Virus record (IMG/VR): IMGVR_UViG_3300008952_000005
Location: 113,461 to 177,460 of that record
DNA length: 64,000 bases
Source of the DNA: a virus
Reading direction: 5' to 3' (one strand)
Positions 25,167 to 35,389 of this stretch are shown in pieces. How positions within the stretch are numbered: the stretch's first letter is position 1; each line of letters opens with the position of its first letter. Under the pieces are notes generated by a model, which had not been told where the DNA came from, searched no databases, and saw only the letters and a list, made by a program, of their open reading frames with translations. The translations under genes and the position numbers were made by a program.

Positions 25167-25728
25167 TGTATATCTTGTTTAATTGTCCCATTATCAAATC
25201 ATCATATAATCCATAACCCCAATCGTCCTTACTTAAACCAAGTGTAGAAACAGGACGAAACATTATACCAAAACAAGTCATACAAGGGCATCCAGAAATT
25301 CTATCAATTTTTTCTTTTACTTTTTCTTTATCTTTAAATAAATCTAATATTTTATTTACAATTGTTTTACTCATTTTATTGTTTTTAAAATATTCTTCTC
25401 TATCGTTTTTCGCCAACATATCTTGTTTTATACAATAATTTTGCCACTCAATCTTTGTCATTTTAGTTTTTAATATCTTTGTTCTTAATGCACTTTGCCA
25501 AGGATCAGGAAGACCTAATATTGCTTTCTCATTAAGATAATTATTCTCATCTAATAAACCTAAATTTTTATAATGTCTTATTTCTTTTTGTTGTTCTTTT
25601 TGCCACACCTTATTCTCTTTCGCCATAACTTCTAAAGCGTCAACTGGAGTTTTTCTTATTTCTTTTTTCCAACCTATTGATTCTGGTTTCTTTAATTGTG
25701 ATGGACTTTTTCTATCGTTTCTAATCAT
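25159..25728 (-). CDS. Hypothetical protein
   Basis: Long ORF coupled to its neighbours. Confidence 0.55.
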   Translation of the reverse strand: MIRNDRKSPSQLKKPESIGWKKEIRKTPVDALEVMAKENKVWQKEQQKEIRHYKNLGLLDENNYLNEKAILGLPDPWQSALRTKILKTKMTKIEWQNYCIKQDMLAKNDREEYFKNNKMSKTIVNKILDLFKDKEKVKEKIDRISGCPCMTCFGIMFRPVSTLGLSKDDWGYGLYDDLIMGQLNKIYNE

Positions 25729-26111
25729 TATACTTTAAAACTCCTTACGCCTTTTAGTCTTTGTTGTAAAAAATTTATAAATTTCCATCGGTTCTCAACT
25801 AATTTACCATATCTTTTATAATGACACAAAATACCTTTGATTCTTTTACCAGCTTCCGCCTTTTTTAAATGAGCAATTAAATGTCTTTTGCTAAATCTAT
25901 CTGTAATTTTTATTACTTTAACTTTTTTAACTACCTCTTTTTTAACTTCTTCTTTTTTAACTTCTTCATTTTTAAATAATATTCTATCAGCTTTTTTGTC
26001 TATTTGATTTAATCCTGTTTCATATATTCTTAAATCTCTATCTTTTTTTAAACCAGGACCTCTAATAAATTTTCTATTACCAGTTTGTTGATGGTCTATT
26101 ATTTTTACCAT
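25728..26111 (-). CDS. Hypothetical basic protein
   Basis: TAATG coupled to gp41. Confidence 0.55.
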   Translation of the reverse strand: MVKIIDHQQTGNRKFIRGPGLKKDRDLRIYETGLNQIDKKADRILFKNEEVKKEEVKKEVVKKVKVIKITDRFSKRHLIAHLKKAEAGKRIKGILCHYKRYGKLVENRWKFINFLQQRLKGVRSFKV

Positions 26112-27496
26112 TATACTTTAAAGTCTGAAAATTTATCGTACGGATCCACTTCAACTTTTTTCTCCTGGTTGGCGTCTACTATGTTTTGTGCTGTTTGACC
26201 TACATCATACAATCTCATTTTAGCTCTATCAACCCCTATAATAAATGACCTATTAATTCCTGGGTCATTATATCTATTCTTCAATTGTTTAATCTTTAAC
26301 TGACCTAATGCGTCTAAATCATCATTGGATATTATTGCAAACATAAAGTCTGCTGTTGCTGGCAATCCAAAACTTTCTGCTGTATCTTCTAGTCCTATGT
26401 CTGTACTCATAAATCCAGTTCTTGTTGTTTGTGTAGCAGAAAACAAAGGTACATTAAATTCTACTGCAAGTCCTCTTAACTCTTCAGCGATTGCCTTGAT
26501 ATAAAAATAAGAACCTATATTGCCACCTTTAAATCTACTTGACGCACATATATTTAAATAATCTATGAACACTACATCTGCTTTAAAACTTTTCTTTAAT
26601 GCAAGTTCATTAAACAATGCTCTAAAATGTCCTGCGTGAGCAGCGGCAGTTGGATATTCTTTAATAATTAATTTACCACCAGTCTTCTTTCTTATCTTAT
26701 CTATGTTATTATCATATAAATCTTTTGGCATTGTATGTAAATCGTCCATAGTTACATCTAATAAGTTTGCGTCAATTCTTTCAGCAATTCTTTCTTCTGC
26801 CATTTCTAAAGTGATATACAATACATTTAAACCTTGTGCCAAATAAGCACTTGCACAATGACACATAAACAAAGACTTACCTACACCTGTACCTGCCAAT
26901 GCAATATTCAAAGTCTTACTTGGAACACCACCCTTGGTTGCTCTATTCATATAATCTAAATCAAATTGATATTTTGTTTCTTTAGTATGATACCATTTAA
27001 ATCTTCTATCAGCGTCATCTATATAATCGTGACCAATATGTTGGTCAAATGATACTGCTAATGCGTCTGCTAGTATACTAGGTATTGCTTCTGGTGTTCT
27101 TTTAGTATCTTTCTTATCTAATATTCTAATGCCATCTAATACAGCATTATGTACTGCTCTATCTTTACAAAACTTTTCAGTTACATCTAACAACCATTTT
27201 GGATCGGAATCTAATTTAGTTATAGAATTAATATTATCTTTTAATGTATTAATTTCATCTTCATTAATATCTTTTCTTTGTCCTAATTCAATTGAAATGG
27301 ATTCTTTTGTTGGAAGATTATTATATTTCTGAACAAACTTATATATTTCTGTAAATAAAATCTTATCAGTTCTTAATGGAAAATAATCTTCTTTTAAAAA
27401 CGGCAATACTTTTCTAGCATACTCTTCTTGAAAGAAAAGATTATTTAATATAGTTGTTTCTAGTCTATCTGAATTATGAAATGACTGCTGTACCAT
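26111..27496 (-). CDS. gp41: Replicative DNA helicase, T4 gp41-like
   Basis: LAGTGVGKSLFMCH, YITLEMAEE, IKEYPT, IDYLNIC, SATQTTR, ESFGLPATAD. Confidence 0.97.
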   Translation of the reverse strand: MVQQSFHNSDRLETTILNNLFFQEEYARKVLPFLKEDYFPLRTDKILFTEIYKFVQKYNNLPTKESISIELGQRKDINEDEINTLKDNINSITKLDSDPKWLLDVTEKFCKDRAVHNAVLDGIRILDKKDTKRTPEAIPSILADALAVSFDQHIGHDYIDDADRRFKWYHTKETKYQFDLDYMNRATKGGVPSKTLNIALAGTGVGKSLFMCHCASAYLAQGLNVLYITLEMAEERIAERIDANLLDVTMDDLHTMPKDLYDNNIDKIRKKTGGKLIIKEYPTAAAHAGHFRALFNELALKKSFKADVVFIDYLNICASSRFKGGNIGSYFYIKAIAEELRGLAVEFNVPLFSATQTTRTGFMSTDIGLEDTAESFGLPATADFMFAIISNDDLDALGQLKIKQLKNRYNDPGINRSFIIGVDRAKMRLYDVGQTAQNIVDANQEKKVEVDPYDKFSDFKV

Positions 27497-27794
27497 CTTT
27501 TAATTGTTGCTCCAATATTTCTATTAATATATCACCAATGTAATTAAGAAAATCTACGTTCTCATTTAAATCAAGATTATTTGGATTCTGTTTGATTGTA
27601 TAATCAAATTTCATTGGTAATGTGCCATCTTTATTTTCTTCTTTTGCAAATCCAACTTTGCCATAATGATATACGACATCTTTATACTTACCTTCGGTAA
27701 GTTTAATACAAGAAAAATCATCACCTTCTCTTTGAGCAAAGGTGTATTTCTTATTCTTCTGATCCGTATGTAAATTTTTGTCTTGCGTGTTCAT
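27474..27794 (-). CDS. Conserved hypothetical protein in the gp40 position
   Basis: Lies between uvsX and gp41; [11 protein letters not shown]...FDY. Confidence 0.55.
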   Translation of the reverse strand: MNTQDKNLHTDQKNKKYTFAQREGDDFSCIKLTEGKYKDVVYHYGKVGFAKEENKDGTLPMKFDYTIKQNPNNLDLNENVDFLNYIGDILIEILEQQLKDGTAVIS

Positions 27795-28773
27795 CTATCT
27801 TATCTAATACTTCTTTTGTAAAATATTTATCTGGATTCTCATTGACATTTTTACCAAATACTTTAGAACCATCTGGCATTTCATATCTTGTTGATACTTT
27901 CTTAAAGATACCTGCCTCTTCACCTAGTTCTAATAGTCCATAATGTTTGTCCAACCCTTTTTTATAAGTTAACTTGACATCAATTTGAGCGTTTTCTTTT
28001 GTTATTCTTGATTTGTATATTTTACAATGTATTATATTTCCAATAACCTCGGTACCCAATTTCTCTTTTCGTTTACCAAGATAGATGATTGTTGAAGCAG
28101 CGTATTTCAATCCTGAACCGCCACCCATTTCTTTTTGTGGGAACATTGAACCAATAACATCATACGTGTGATTGGTCATTAACATAGGAACATTTGCTTG
28201 TCCTAGTTTAAGTGTTAAAACTCTAAATGTAGATTTGACAATTTGTGACCTTGTCATATCTCTTGTTTCTTTACCTTCTGCTGTGTCGGTCATTTCTTTT
28301 GTAGTAGATAGCATTCCTAAACTATCTAACACAAACATTAAAGGTTGTCTATCTTTTTCGTCTTGTTCTAAATATTTGTCTACTATTTTAATTGCTTGAC
28401 TTCTAAATTCTTGTACTGTTGATACTGGTACTACTACAACTCTTTTACTATCAACACCTCTTGACTCTATCATATCTTTTGATACTGCATTTTCTGATTC
28501 AAACAGAACAACGCCTGCGTCTTTGTCTTTATCTAAAAATCGTTTGAGAATACCTAATGCGAAAAATGTTTTACCAGTTGCTGCCTCACCTGCAATTGCT
28601 GTAATACGGTTGCCTGGTAACCCACCGTAAATTGAACCTGAAAGAAGAGCATTAAAAGAATAAGAACCTGTATCTATAAATGAAGTTACATCACCTGCTG
28701 TGATACCTTCACTTGCTAGACTAGCAAATTCATTTCCTGTTTCTTTAATAATCTCTTTTAGAAAGTCTTTCAT
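27751..28773 (-). CDS. uvsX: RecA-like recombinase UvsX
   Basis: [42 protein letters not shown]. Confidence 0.96.
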   Translation of the reverse strand: MKDFLKEIIKETGNEFASLASEGITAGDVTSFIDTGSYSFNALLSGSIYGGLPGNRITAIAGEAATGKTFFALGILKRFLDKDKDAGVVLFESENAVSKDMIESRGVDSKRVVVVPVSTVQEFRSQAIKIVDKYLEQDEKDRQPLMFVLDSLGMLSTTKEMTDTAEGKETRDMTRSQIVKSTFRVLTLKLGQANVPMLMTNHTYDVIGSMFPQKEMGGGSGLKYAASTIIYLGKRKEKLGTEVIGNIIHCKIYKSRITKENAQIDVKLTYKKGLDKHYGLLELGEEAGIFKKVSTRYEMPDGSKVFGKNVNENPDKYFTKEVLDKIDEHARQKFTYGSEE

Positions 28774-28825
28774 ACTCTTTATATTCCTCTTCTGAATAAT
28801 TTAATACATAAAATTTTATATTGTT

Positions 28826-28854
28826 AATATAACATAATTCCTTCACCGAGTCAA
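28826..28854 (-). promoter_or_regulatory. Sigma70-like promoter for uvsX-gp41
   Basis: TTGACT-17-TATATT. Confidence 0.8.
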
Positions 28855-28898
28855 GTTCCTTTGGCAGAAAATTATGACTAATGTAATCATCTGGTCTT

Positions 28899-29189
28899 CT
28901 ATAAATCGTTATTCTCACGATACTTTTTCCATCCTAAAGGTATATACCATAGTATAATAACTATCGGTATGGAAATAACAACCCAAAAATGCTGTGGGTG
29001 TTTATAATATACCATCATACCAATAATACTTCCTATATCTATAACGCTATGTATAGAAATCCACCAACCATAGGTTAGTTTCTCTATAATTTTCTTTCGT
29101 AAATTTCTTAAATAGGAACAGTAATGCCTTGACATAGCAAAACCATCATTGATGATGAATATAACCAAACATAAATAAAAGTAATCCAT
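28899..29189 (-). CDS. Small multi-TM membrane protein
   Basis: Three hydrophobic segments; TATAAATA at 29195-29202 immediately upstream. Confidence 0.6.
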   Translation of the reverse strand: MDYFYLCLVIFIINDGFAMSRHYCSYLRNLRKKIIEKLTYGWWISIHSVIDIGSIIGMMVYYKHPQHFWVVISIPIVIILWYIPLGWKKYRENNDL

Positions 29190-29197
29190 ATTATTAT

Positions 29198-30427
29198 TTA
29201 TATAAACGCCTCTAACGTCCCTACTCTTGCGTGTTTAAATAGGTCTATCTTCTCTCCAAAGCACCAAATATTCTCAATATAAGTCATTGCCATAAAGACA
29301 TTCAACTCTTCTTTTGTTTTAAACTTTTTAGTACCTTGTGGTCTTTGCATAATCCTCATACCAATTTGACCTAAAAACTTATCTTTAAATCTATCAACTA
29401 GTTCATCACTTGACCTATATCTAGTACCCTTAATCTTTGGATCCATAATATTAACAAACATAAATTTTGATTTACTCATTGTCTTTTCTGCAACTGGAAG
29501 ATAAAAACTATCTCTCCATTTATCATACTCATTAAACTTATGCCAAGATTGTAGTTCTTCTTTCTCACCGCCTTTATTATATTGTTCAGTACTAAAATAA
29601 GGTGGACTTGTAAACGCACAATCTATATCTGGTAGTTCGTTATAAGGTAAATCTTCTGCACCACAATTCCATATCTTAACAGTTTTGTTTTTAAAGAATT
29701 TACTATACTCTTCTATTTGTTTTTGATAATTCTTATACGTATTTGGATTAGGGTCGCAACCATAATAATGTGTTGCCTTACTAGCAAAGAAACCAGCTAG
29801 TCTATCTCCCCAACCACAACTCGTATCTAATACTGTTTCTGCATTGGTCATATCGTATATTGTTTTTGCAACAACTGGTTTAAATTGTGTTGCAACATAT
29901 GTACCTAATCTTATTGCTTCTCTATAACTATTTGGTGATAAATCTTTGGTACTATTCACACCTCTCCATAATGCACCTAAACATTTCCATATATCTTTTG
30001 CATTACCATTTTTAAAAACTTCAATTGGTGCTCTAAAACTATAACTTGAACAATTTAATCTTAACTCTTGATGAAAATAATTACTACATTTATTATATAT
30101 TGAAGGAGCGTCAATTAGTCCTAGACCATATTTTGAATAAGGATACTTATAGTCATCATACTTTTCAAATATATCTTTATGACTTTGTTCATTAGGTGTA
30201 CAAAGTTTGCTAGTATCAAACTTACTTAATTTTATTATATTATCTTTCATAACATCATATGAAATTTTATTTAAAGGAAATTCTGGTCTATGTTCAGCAA
30301 TATATTCTGATAATAGTTCTCTAAATTTTTCTTTACCTATTTCATCTGTCCAATTTTTAAATTGGATAGAATCCATTATAGGCAATCTATTTTCGTCTGC
30401 GAATTGTTTAAGGTCTAGGTTTTTCAT
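29198..30427 (-). CDS. DNA amino-methyltransferase-like protein (SPPY type)
   Basis: VLDTSCGWGDRL (motif I) then AFTSPPYF (motif IV). Confidence 0.75.
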   Translation of the reverse strand: MKNLDLKQFADENRLPIMDSIQFKNWTDEIGKEKFRELLSEYIAEHRPEFPLNKISYDVMKDNIIKLSKFDTSKLCTPNEQSHKDIFEKYDDYKYPYSKYGLGLIDAPSIYNKCSNYFHQELRLNCSSYSFRAPIEVFKNGNAKDIWKCLGALWRGVNSTKDLSPNSYREAIRLGTYVATQFKPVVAKTIYDMTNAETVLDTSCGWGDRLAGFFASKATHYYGCDPNPNTYKNYQKQIEEYSKFFKNKTVKIWNCGAEDLPYNELPDIDCAFTSPPYFSTEQYNKGGEKEELQSWHKFNEYDKWRDSFYLPVAEKTMSKSKFMFVNIMDPKIKGTRYRSSDELVDRFKDKFLGQIGMRIMQRPQGTKKFKTKEELNVFMAMTYIENIWCFGEKIDLFKHARVGTLEAFI

Positions 30428-30503
30428 TGTTCCATAATATTAATAATAACATTGGTATTATAATACATAAAGCTGATAAAGTTAATGCAAGTAATAATGT
30501 CAT
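30408..30503 (-). CDS. Small TM peptide (31 aa), not in ORF track
   Basis: MTLLLALTLSALCIIIPMLLLILWNNEKPRP; ATGA overlap. Confidence 0.5.
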   Translation of the reverse strand: MTLLLALTLSALCIIIPMLLLILWNNEKPRP

Positions 30504-31549
30504 ACAAAAAACGGATTCACTTTCTTTAATCTCTTCTCTATGTCTTTAAAATAATTCTTTTCTCTTTCTATCAAGTAATACTTACGACCTTCTAATAACG
30601 CCGCTTCTCCAGTAGTACCTGTACCTGCAAATGGATCCAATACTGTTCCATCTTTAGGTGTAACTAACTTAACAAGATATCTCATTAACTCTAATGGTTT
30701 AACTGTAGGGTGTTCTGTATTTCCTTTTTCTTTTTTGCTTGCCTTGGCACAATAGAAAAATCTAGCAGCCGTACCTGTATCTCCTTGAAATGATTTACCA
30801 TCATCACCTCTTTTTTTATATTCGTGGTCATAAAATAAAAAACTACCTTTTTCTTTTTGTACAGGTGCTTTTGCTCCTTTATCTTCACCAAATTTTCTAA
30901 ACTCTTCTATAACTTCTTCTGATCCGTCGTGTATAACATTAGCGGGATATCTTCCATCTATTTTTTCTCCTGTACCAATTTTCTTTAAACCTAATTTATA
31001 AACTGCCTCTTTATGTTTTTTAGGTTCTCTTCTGTTTTTAGTTGTGTCCCACTCATATCCAGGCACTCTACACTCATCTATGTTTAAACTTTTATTAACA
31101 CCCTTACGTGCCATTACAATTGGTTCACACGCAGGTTTTAAATAGTTTTTTCTTTTAGGAAAACCACTACCATATAACCATTGTATCATATCAAATATTT
31201 CAAACCCAGCGTCTTCTACTGCAACTGCCATTCTATGATAATTTCTAGTGGCAGCAAATGATAAGAGTACTGCACCTGGTTTCATAACTCTATATACTTC
31301 TTTCCAAAAATCTTTATTAAATGCTATATCACCACCGTCCCAAGTCTGTCCCATAAATCCTTTTGCCGCTCTATGATAAGGACCATTACGTCCTTCTTTC
31401 TCATCTTTATTATTAATGCCTTTTTGACCTGGACCAAATCGTTTAAGTATAGACGCCAAATGATATGGTGGATCAGTTACACACGAATCAAATCTATTAT
31501 CTTCAAGTGTTTTTAAATGTTCTAAACTTTCTGCGTTTTTAATATCCAT
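30500..31549 (-). CDS. DNA methyltransferase, beta class (N6A/N4C)
   Basis: VTDPPY near the N-terminus, HPTVKP, VLDPFAGTGTTG near the C-terminus. Confidence 0.92.
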   Translation of the reverse strand: MDIKNAESLEHLKTLEDNRFDSCVTDPPYHLASILKRFGPGQKGINNKDEKEGRNGPYHRAAKGFMGQTWDGGDIAFNKDFWKEVYRVMKPGAVLLSFAATRNYHRMAVAVEDAGFEIFDMIQWLYGSGFPKRKNYLKPACEPIVMARKGVNKSLNIDECRVPGYEWDTTKNRREPKKHKEAVYKLGLKKIGTGEKIDGRYPANVIHDGSEEVIEEFRKFGEDKGAKAPVQKEKGSFLFYDHEYKKRGDDGKSFQGDTGTAARFFYCAKASKKEKGNTEHPTVKPLELMRYLVKLVTPKDGTVLDPFAGTGTTGEAALLEGRKYYLIEREKNYFKDIEKRLKKVNPFFV

Positions 31550-31670
31550 ATGCCTTACCTAAAAATCTCACTACTAATAAAAATATAATAAACTGGTAGA
31601 GTTTTATATTAGTATTCTGTGCTAGAAAACCTCCAAACAATACAGCAAAAAACATTATAAAGTTGTTCAT
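31539..31670 (-). CDS. Small membrane peptide (43 aa), not in ORF track
   Basis: MNNFIMFFAVLFGGFLAQNTNIKLYQFIIFLLVVRFLGKAYGY. Confidence 0.5.
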   Translation of the reverse strand: MNNFIMFFAVLFGGFLAQNTNIKLYQFIIFLLVVRFLGKAYGY

Positions 31671-34156
31671 CCTAAAAATGCCTCCAGACTTGCTTTCTTT
31701 TCGTGTTCCCAACCTATTGAATTTAATATAAATCTCATAGGGTCTAGGAAAGTTTTCTCAAACTGTACTTCATAATCAATATACTCTTGTAGATTAAACT
31801 CTTTTGGTAGTTTAGTTATATAACTAATCACATCAAACTTAAATGGATTTGCTTGTAGTAATTTAATAAACTTAATCTTATCTCCTTCTTGTATATAAGG
31901 ATACTTATTCTGCAATCCAAATTCTTTTATTTGATGATTATAAATCAAAGAACCTTTAACGTGTATTGGTGTACCTTTGATAAACACATCTTTACTACTA
32001 GCATATTTTCTCATATTATTACAAGACCTTGGAAATGATATCTGCTCAGCAGACATACTCATAAATTCTTTTTTGAAACCTGCAATGAAAGTATGTAAAT
32101 CAGATTGTTCTTTTGACATAATTATTTTAATTGCTTCTTTAATCTTACCTCGGCATACTTGTGGAGTTGAAGATTTAATTGCCTCTACACCCATAATCTT
32201 TAGTTTAGGTTCAGACAATCTTACATCTTCCTCATCTAATACATTTAACATATATCTTTTTTTCGCAACCCATATACCTTTGTTCGCAATAACTTCACGT
32301 GCCATAACCATTGCGTTCTTAAATGCGTTGGTATAGTCTGCAATGTCTTCAAATTGTTTTGCGATAAACGGTTCCAATTTGTTATCACATACCTTAGCAA
32401 GAAAATCACATACTTGTTGGTCTGTTTTATCTTTACAAGTCTTCTCTACAAGTTTATCAAACGATACATAAATTGAATCTGTATCAGACGCTAGTACATA
32501 ATCTATTTCATTATGTGTTTGTAATATTTGATTTAGATATTCATTTACTTTTTGTTCTACAAATCTAATAATGAATTGTCCTGCTGTAGTTACAGCACTT
32601 GCTTGTGCTATATCATAATATCTAAAGTACTGATTACCTATTGCACCATAACAACTGTTTAATGCAATCTTTCTTGCCCATTGTACATTATGACATCTAG
32701 CAATTTCTTTTTTTAAATCGTTTGTTGGATTCTTTTGATATTCTCTTTGTGCTTTTAACTCACGTTTCTTATATATCACACGGTCTTTATAAATCTTTTC
32801 AATCATTTCAGGTAAGAACCCTTGACTATCTCTTTTAAACATTGCACCGTTAGGTGTTATACAAGCACCTTCAGTTTTTAAATAATCTAGGGGTGTCTTC
32901 TTACTCAACATTTTATTCACAGAAACACCAGATGGTTTAACACCTAATATTTTTTCGGGAGAAATATTATATTGTACAATAATATGTGGATAAAGAGAGT
33001 TGATATCAAAAGACACCACCCATTTTTGCATACCAAGTCTAGGTTCTTTCACATACGCACCTTCATACTTGGTGTCCTTTACGTGGTCCTCTCTAGGAGG
33101 TACACAAATCTTTTTTGTCATCAAGTGGTTTGCGATTAATGTATCCCAAACTCTCACCTGTGAGAAAATATCGTTATAGTTTACTTTAGTTTCATACGCA
33201 AAGGTTAAAGATAAATCAATTAACCCTAACTTGTCTTCTAAACCATCAACTATTTCTACGTCTTGAATATTATACTCTACGAATTTTTGAAAATCTTTTG
33301 TATAGAAATCTTTAAATGTTGGATATGGATTTTCTACTTTAGTTTCACCTAATTCAGTTTCACCTATAAAAGATAATCTATAACTCTCTTGTCTTACTGG
33401 TATAAACCATTTATATAAATCAAGATAATCTAACATTGCAATACCAAACAATGAATAATATGTATTAGGTCTACCTCTTATAATTATTTCTTCTTTATGT
33501 ATTAAGTTCCAAGGCGACATTCTACTTGCAACTTTAGCACCTGCAACTAATTGAATTCTATTCATCAAGTATGGTAGGTCAAAGAATTTAGTATTCCAAC
33601 CTGTAATAACATCTGGATAGTTCTTCAACCAGAATTTCATAAACTCCATTATTAAATGTCTTTCATCTGTACATTTAATATAAGTTATGTCTGTACGTAA
33701 AGTTTTAAACTCACCAACACCCCACGTTATAAGTTGTTTGTTTGATTGATTCTTAACTGTAATACATAATAGTTCTTCAACTGGATTATTTACTTCTGGA
33801 AATCCATTTTCACAGGTACATTCTATATCTAATGTAAATATTTTAATTAATTCTTTTGACCACTTAACTTGTTTTGTATACTCTTCATTGATGTATTGAT
33901 AATGAAATCTATCAAGTCCATAGACTGGTGCATTTTTAGTAGCGACATCACGTTTAAATCTACGAGCAGCGTCAATAGATGAAAAAGTAATAGGTCTTAA
34001 ATTATGTCCTTGTAATGATTTAAATTCTTCTTGATGTTGTGATACTGAATATAATGTTGGAGAAAAATTAATCCTCTCTTTAAACTCTTTGCTATCTCTT
34101 ACACCTCTAACAAGTAGTTTGCCTTTATGTTCTATTACATTTTTATAAAAGTTCAT
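31667..34156 (-). CDS. gp43: DNA polymerase, family B, T4 gp43-like (uninterrupted)
   Basis: LDIEC, GWN..FFDLPY, YNIQDV, SFDINSLYP, KIALNSCYG, SDTDSIY. Confidence 0.98.
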   Translation of the reverse strand: MNFYKNVIEHKGKLLVRGVRDSKEFKERINFSPTLYSVSQHQEEFKSLQGHNLRPITFSSIDAARRFKRDVATKNAPVYGLDRFHYQYINEEYTKQVKWSKELIKIFTLDIECTCENGFPEVNNPVEELLCITVKNQSNKQLITWGVGEFKTLRTDITYIKCTDERHLIMEFMKFWLKNYPDVITGWNTKFFDLPYLMNRIQLVAGAKVASRMSPWNLIHKEEIIIRGRPNTYYSLFGIAMLDYLDLYKWFIPVRQESYRLSFIGETELGETKVENPYPTFKDFYTKDFQKFVEYNIQDVEIVDGLEDKLGLIDLSLTFAYETKVNYNDIFSQVRVWDTLIANHLMTKKICVPPREDHVKDTKYEGAYVKEPRLGMQKWVVSFDINSLYPHIIVQYNISPEKILGVKPSGVSVNKMLSKKTPLDYLKTEGACITPNGAMFKRDSQGFLPEMIEKIYKDRVIYKKRELKAQREYQKNPTNDLKKEIARCHNVQWARKIALNSCYGAIGNQYFRYYDIAQASAVTTAGQFIIRFVEQKVNEYLNQILQTHNEIDYVLASDTDSIYVSFDKLVEKTCKDKTDQQVCDFLAKVCDNKLEPFIAKQFEDIADYTNAFKNAMVMAREVIANKGIWVAKKRYMLNVLDEEDVRLSEPKLKIMGVEAIKSSTPQVCRGKIKEAIKIIMSKEQSDLHTFIAGFKKEFMSMSAEQISFPRSCNNMRKYASSKDVFIKGTPIHVKGSLIYNHQIKEFGLQNKYPYIQEGDKIKFIKLLQANPFKFDVISYITKLPKEFNLQEYIDYEVQFEKTFLDPMRFILNSIGWEHEKKASLEAFLG

Positions 34157-34481
34157 CTGGTCTCAAATGGAGAATTAAACCGTCAAGGTCTTTAGTAAGT
34201 TTTATTTGACAACTTAATCTACTAACACCTGGTTTATATCCTCTTTCATATTCTAATTGTTCTTCTTCTATTGATAAGTCTTTTGGTTTTGGTACTTTGT
34301 CTATCCACTTCTCATCAACATATACGTGGCACGTACAACACATACAATTACCACCACAATCGGCAGGAATTTCTGGTATTGGTACGTGTGATTCAAATTT
34401 CGCTGCCTCCATTGCACTCAAACCTTCTTTAGTCTGAACACGAATCTTGGATCCGTCCCTTACAAAATATACATCTATCAC
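34143..34481 (-). CDS. fdx: 2Fe-2S ferredoxin (ISC/adrenodoxin type)
   Basis: ADCGGNCMCCTCHVYV ... SRLSCQI. Confidence 0.92.
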   Translation of the reverse strand: MIDVYFVRDGSKIRVQTKEGLSAMEAAKFESHVPIPEIPADCGGNCMCCTCHVYVDEKWIDKVPKPKDLSIEEEQLEYERGYKPGVSRLSCQIKLTKDLDGLILHLRPDELL

Positions 34482-34813
34482 TTATCTAATGTAGGCAAAC
34501 CTGTTTCAGTTATTAACTGTTTTTTAGGTGTTACAATAGATGAAGTACTACTGACATAGTTTTGTGTAATATGTTCTTTTGGTTTTGTTATAGATACAAC
34601 TTTATCTGCGTTGACTTCAACAATATCTCCATCTGAATATGGAGCGTAAGGCGTCATCATCAACTGTATAGGTTGTCCCTTTGCTGATTGTGTTGGTATG
34701 ATAACGTACCCTTTATGTATTGTGATAACTTTTGAACCTACTGTAATTTTTCCGATAACATCTTCTCCAGTTATCAATCTACAGATTAAGATTTTAGTTT
34801 CGCTAAGTGCCAT
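34478..34813 (-). CDS. Conserved T4-like hypothetical protein (Sm-like fold candidate)
   Basis: ICRLITGEDVIG...PYAPY. Confidence 0.65.
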   Translation of the reverse strand: MALSETKILICRLITGEDVIGKITVGSKVITIHKGYVIIPTQSAKGQPIQLMMTPYAPYSDGDIVEVNADKVVSITKPKEHITQNYVSSTSSIVTPKKQLITETGLPTLDK

Positions 34814-34832
34814 TATATTTCTCCTTGATTAT

Positions 34833-34861
34833 AATATATCATAGAATTAAAAATTAGTCAA
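34833..34861 (-). promoter_or_regulatory. Sigma70-like promoter for the ORF-fdx-gp43 unit
   Basis: TTGACT-17-TATATT. Confidence 0.78.
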
Positions 34862-35171
34862 TGCTAGTTCTAGGTACAAATGGTGTATACCCTTGTTCTT
34901 CTGCTTTTTGGTCGTCTTCTCCTACAATGGCATTAACTTCTGGAACATAATGCTTAAGCATATCTTCCACACCTTGATGTAATGTTTGTTTAGACATTGC
35001 ACATCCTGAACAACTACCTGCTAGTTCTAATTTTGCAACACCTAAATCCATATCAAAGTCTAAATAATTTATAAACCCACCGTGTTGAGCCACAGCAGGA
35101 GCAACTTTATCTTCCAAGATAAATTTAATGTCCTTTGCTATCTCTTCTTTACTTCTGGTTATCTCAACCAT
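34854..35171 (-). CDS. NifU/NfuA-type Fe-S cluster carrier
   Basis: KVAPAVAQHGG.I...LELAGSCSGCAMSKQTLHQGVEDMLKHYVPEV; start moved to MVEITRS. Confidence 0.9.
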   Translation of the reverse strand: MVEITRSKEEIAKDIKFILEDKVAPAVAQHGGFINYLDFDMDLGVAKLELAGSCSGCAMSKQTLHQGVEDMLKHYVPEVNAIVGEDDQKAEEQGYTPFVPRTSID

Positions 35172-35184
35172 TGTAGACCTTTCT

Positions 35185-35388
35185 TTAGTTTTTTTGTAAG
35201 TTAATTGCTGAATTGCCTTTAGGCGTTTCAGTAATATCAAAAGATATTTGGTCACCTTCGTTCAGTTCTAAATTTGCTTCTTGAACCGCTGAAGAATGAA
35301 CAAAAACATCTTTTTCGCTATCTTCTCTAGCAATAAAACCATAACCCTTTGTCGGGTTAAACCATTTTACTTTTCCGTTTATACTCAT
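35185..35388 (-). CDS. cspA: Cold-shock protein (CspA family)
   Basis: GKVKWFNPTKGYGFI (RNP1), DVFVHSS (RNP2); start moved to MSING. Confidence 0.95.
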   Translation of the reverse strand: MSINGKVKWFNPTKGYGFIAREDSEKDVFVHSSAVQEANLELNEGDQISFDITETPKGNSAINLQKN

Positions 35389-35389
35389 C

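Noticed and set aside
31667-34156. Intron, intein or split in gp43 (also checked gp41, gp46, gp20, gp23)
   Set aside because: All are continuous and of normal length; no homing endonuclease motifs were seen
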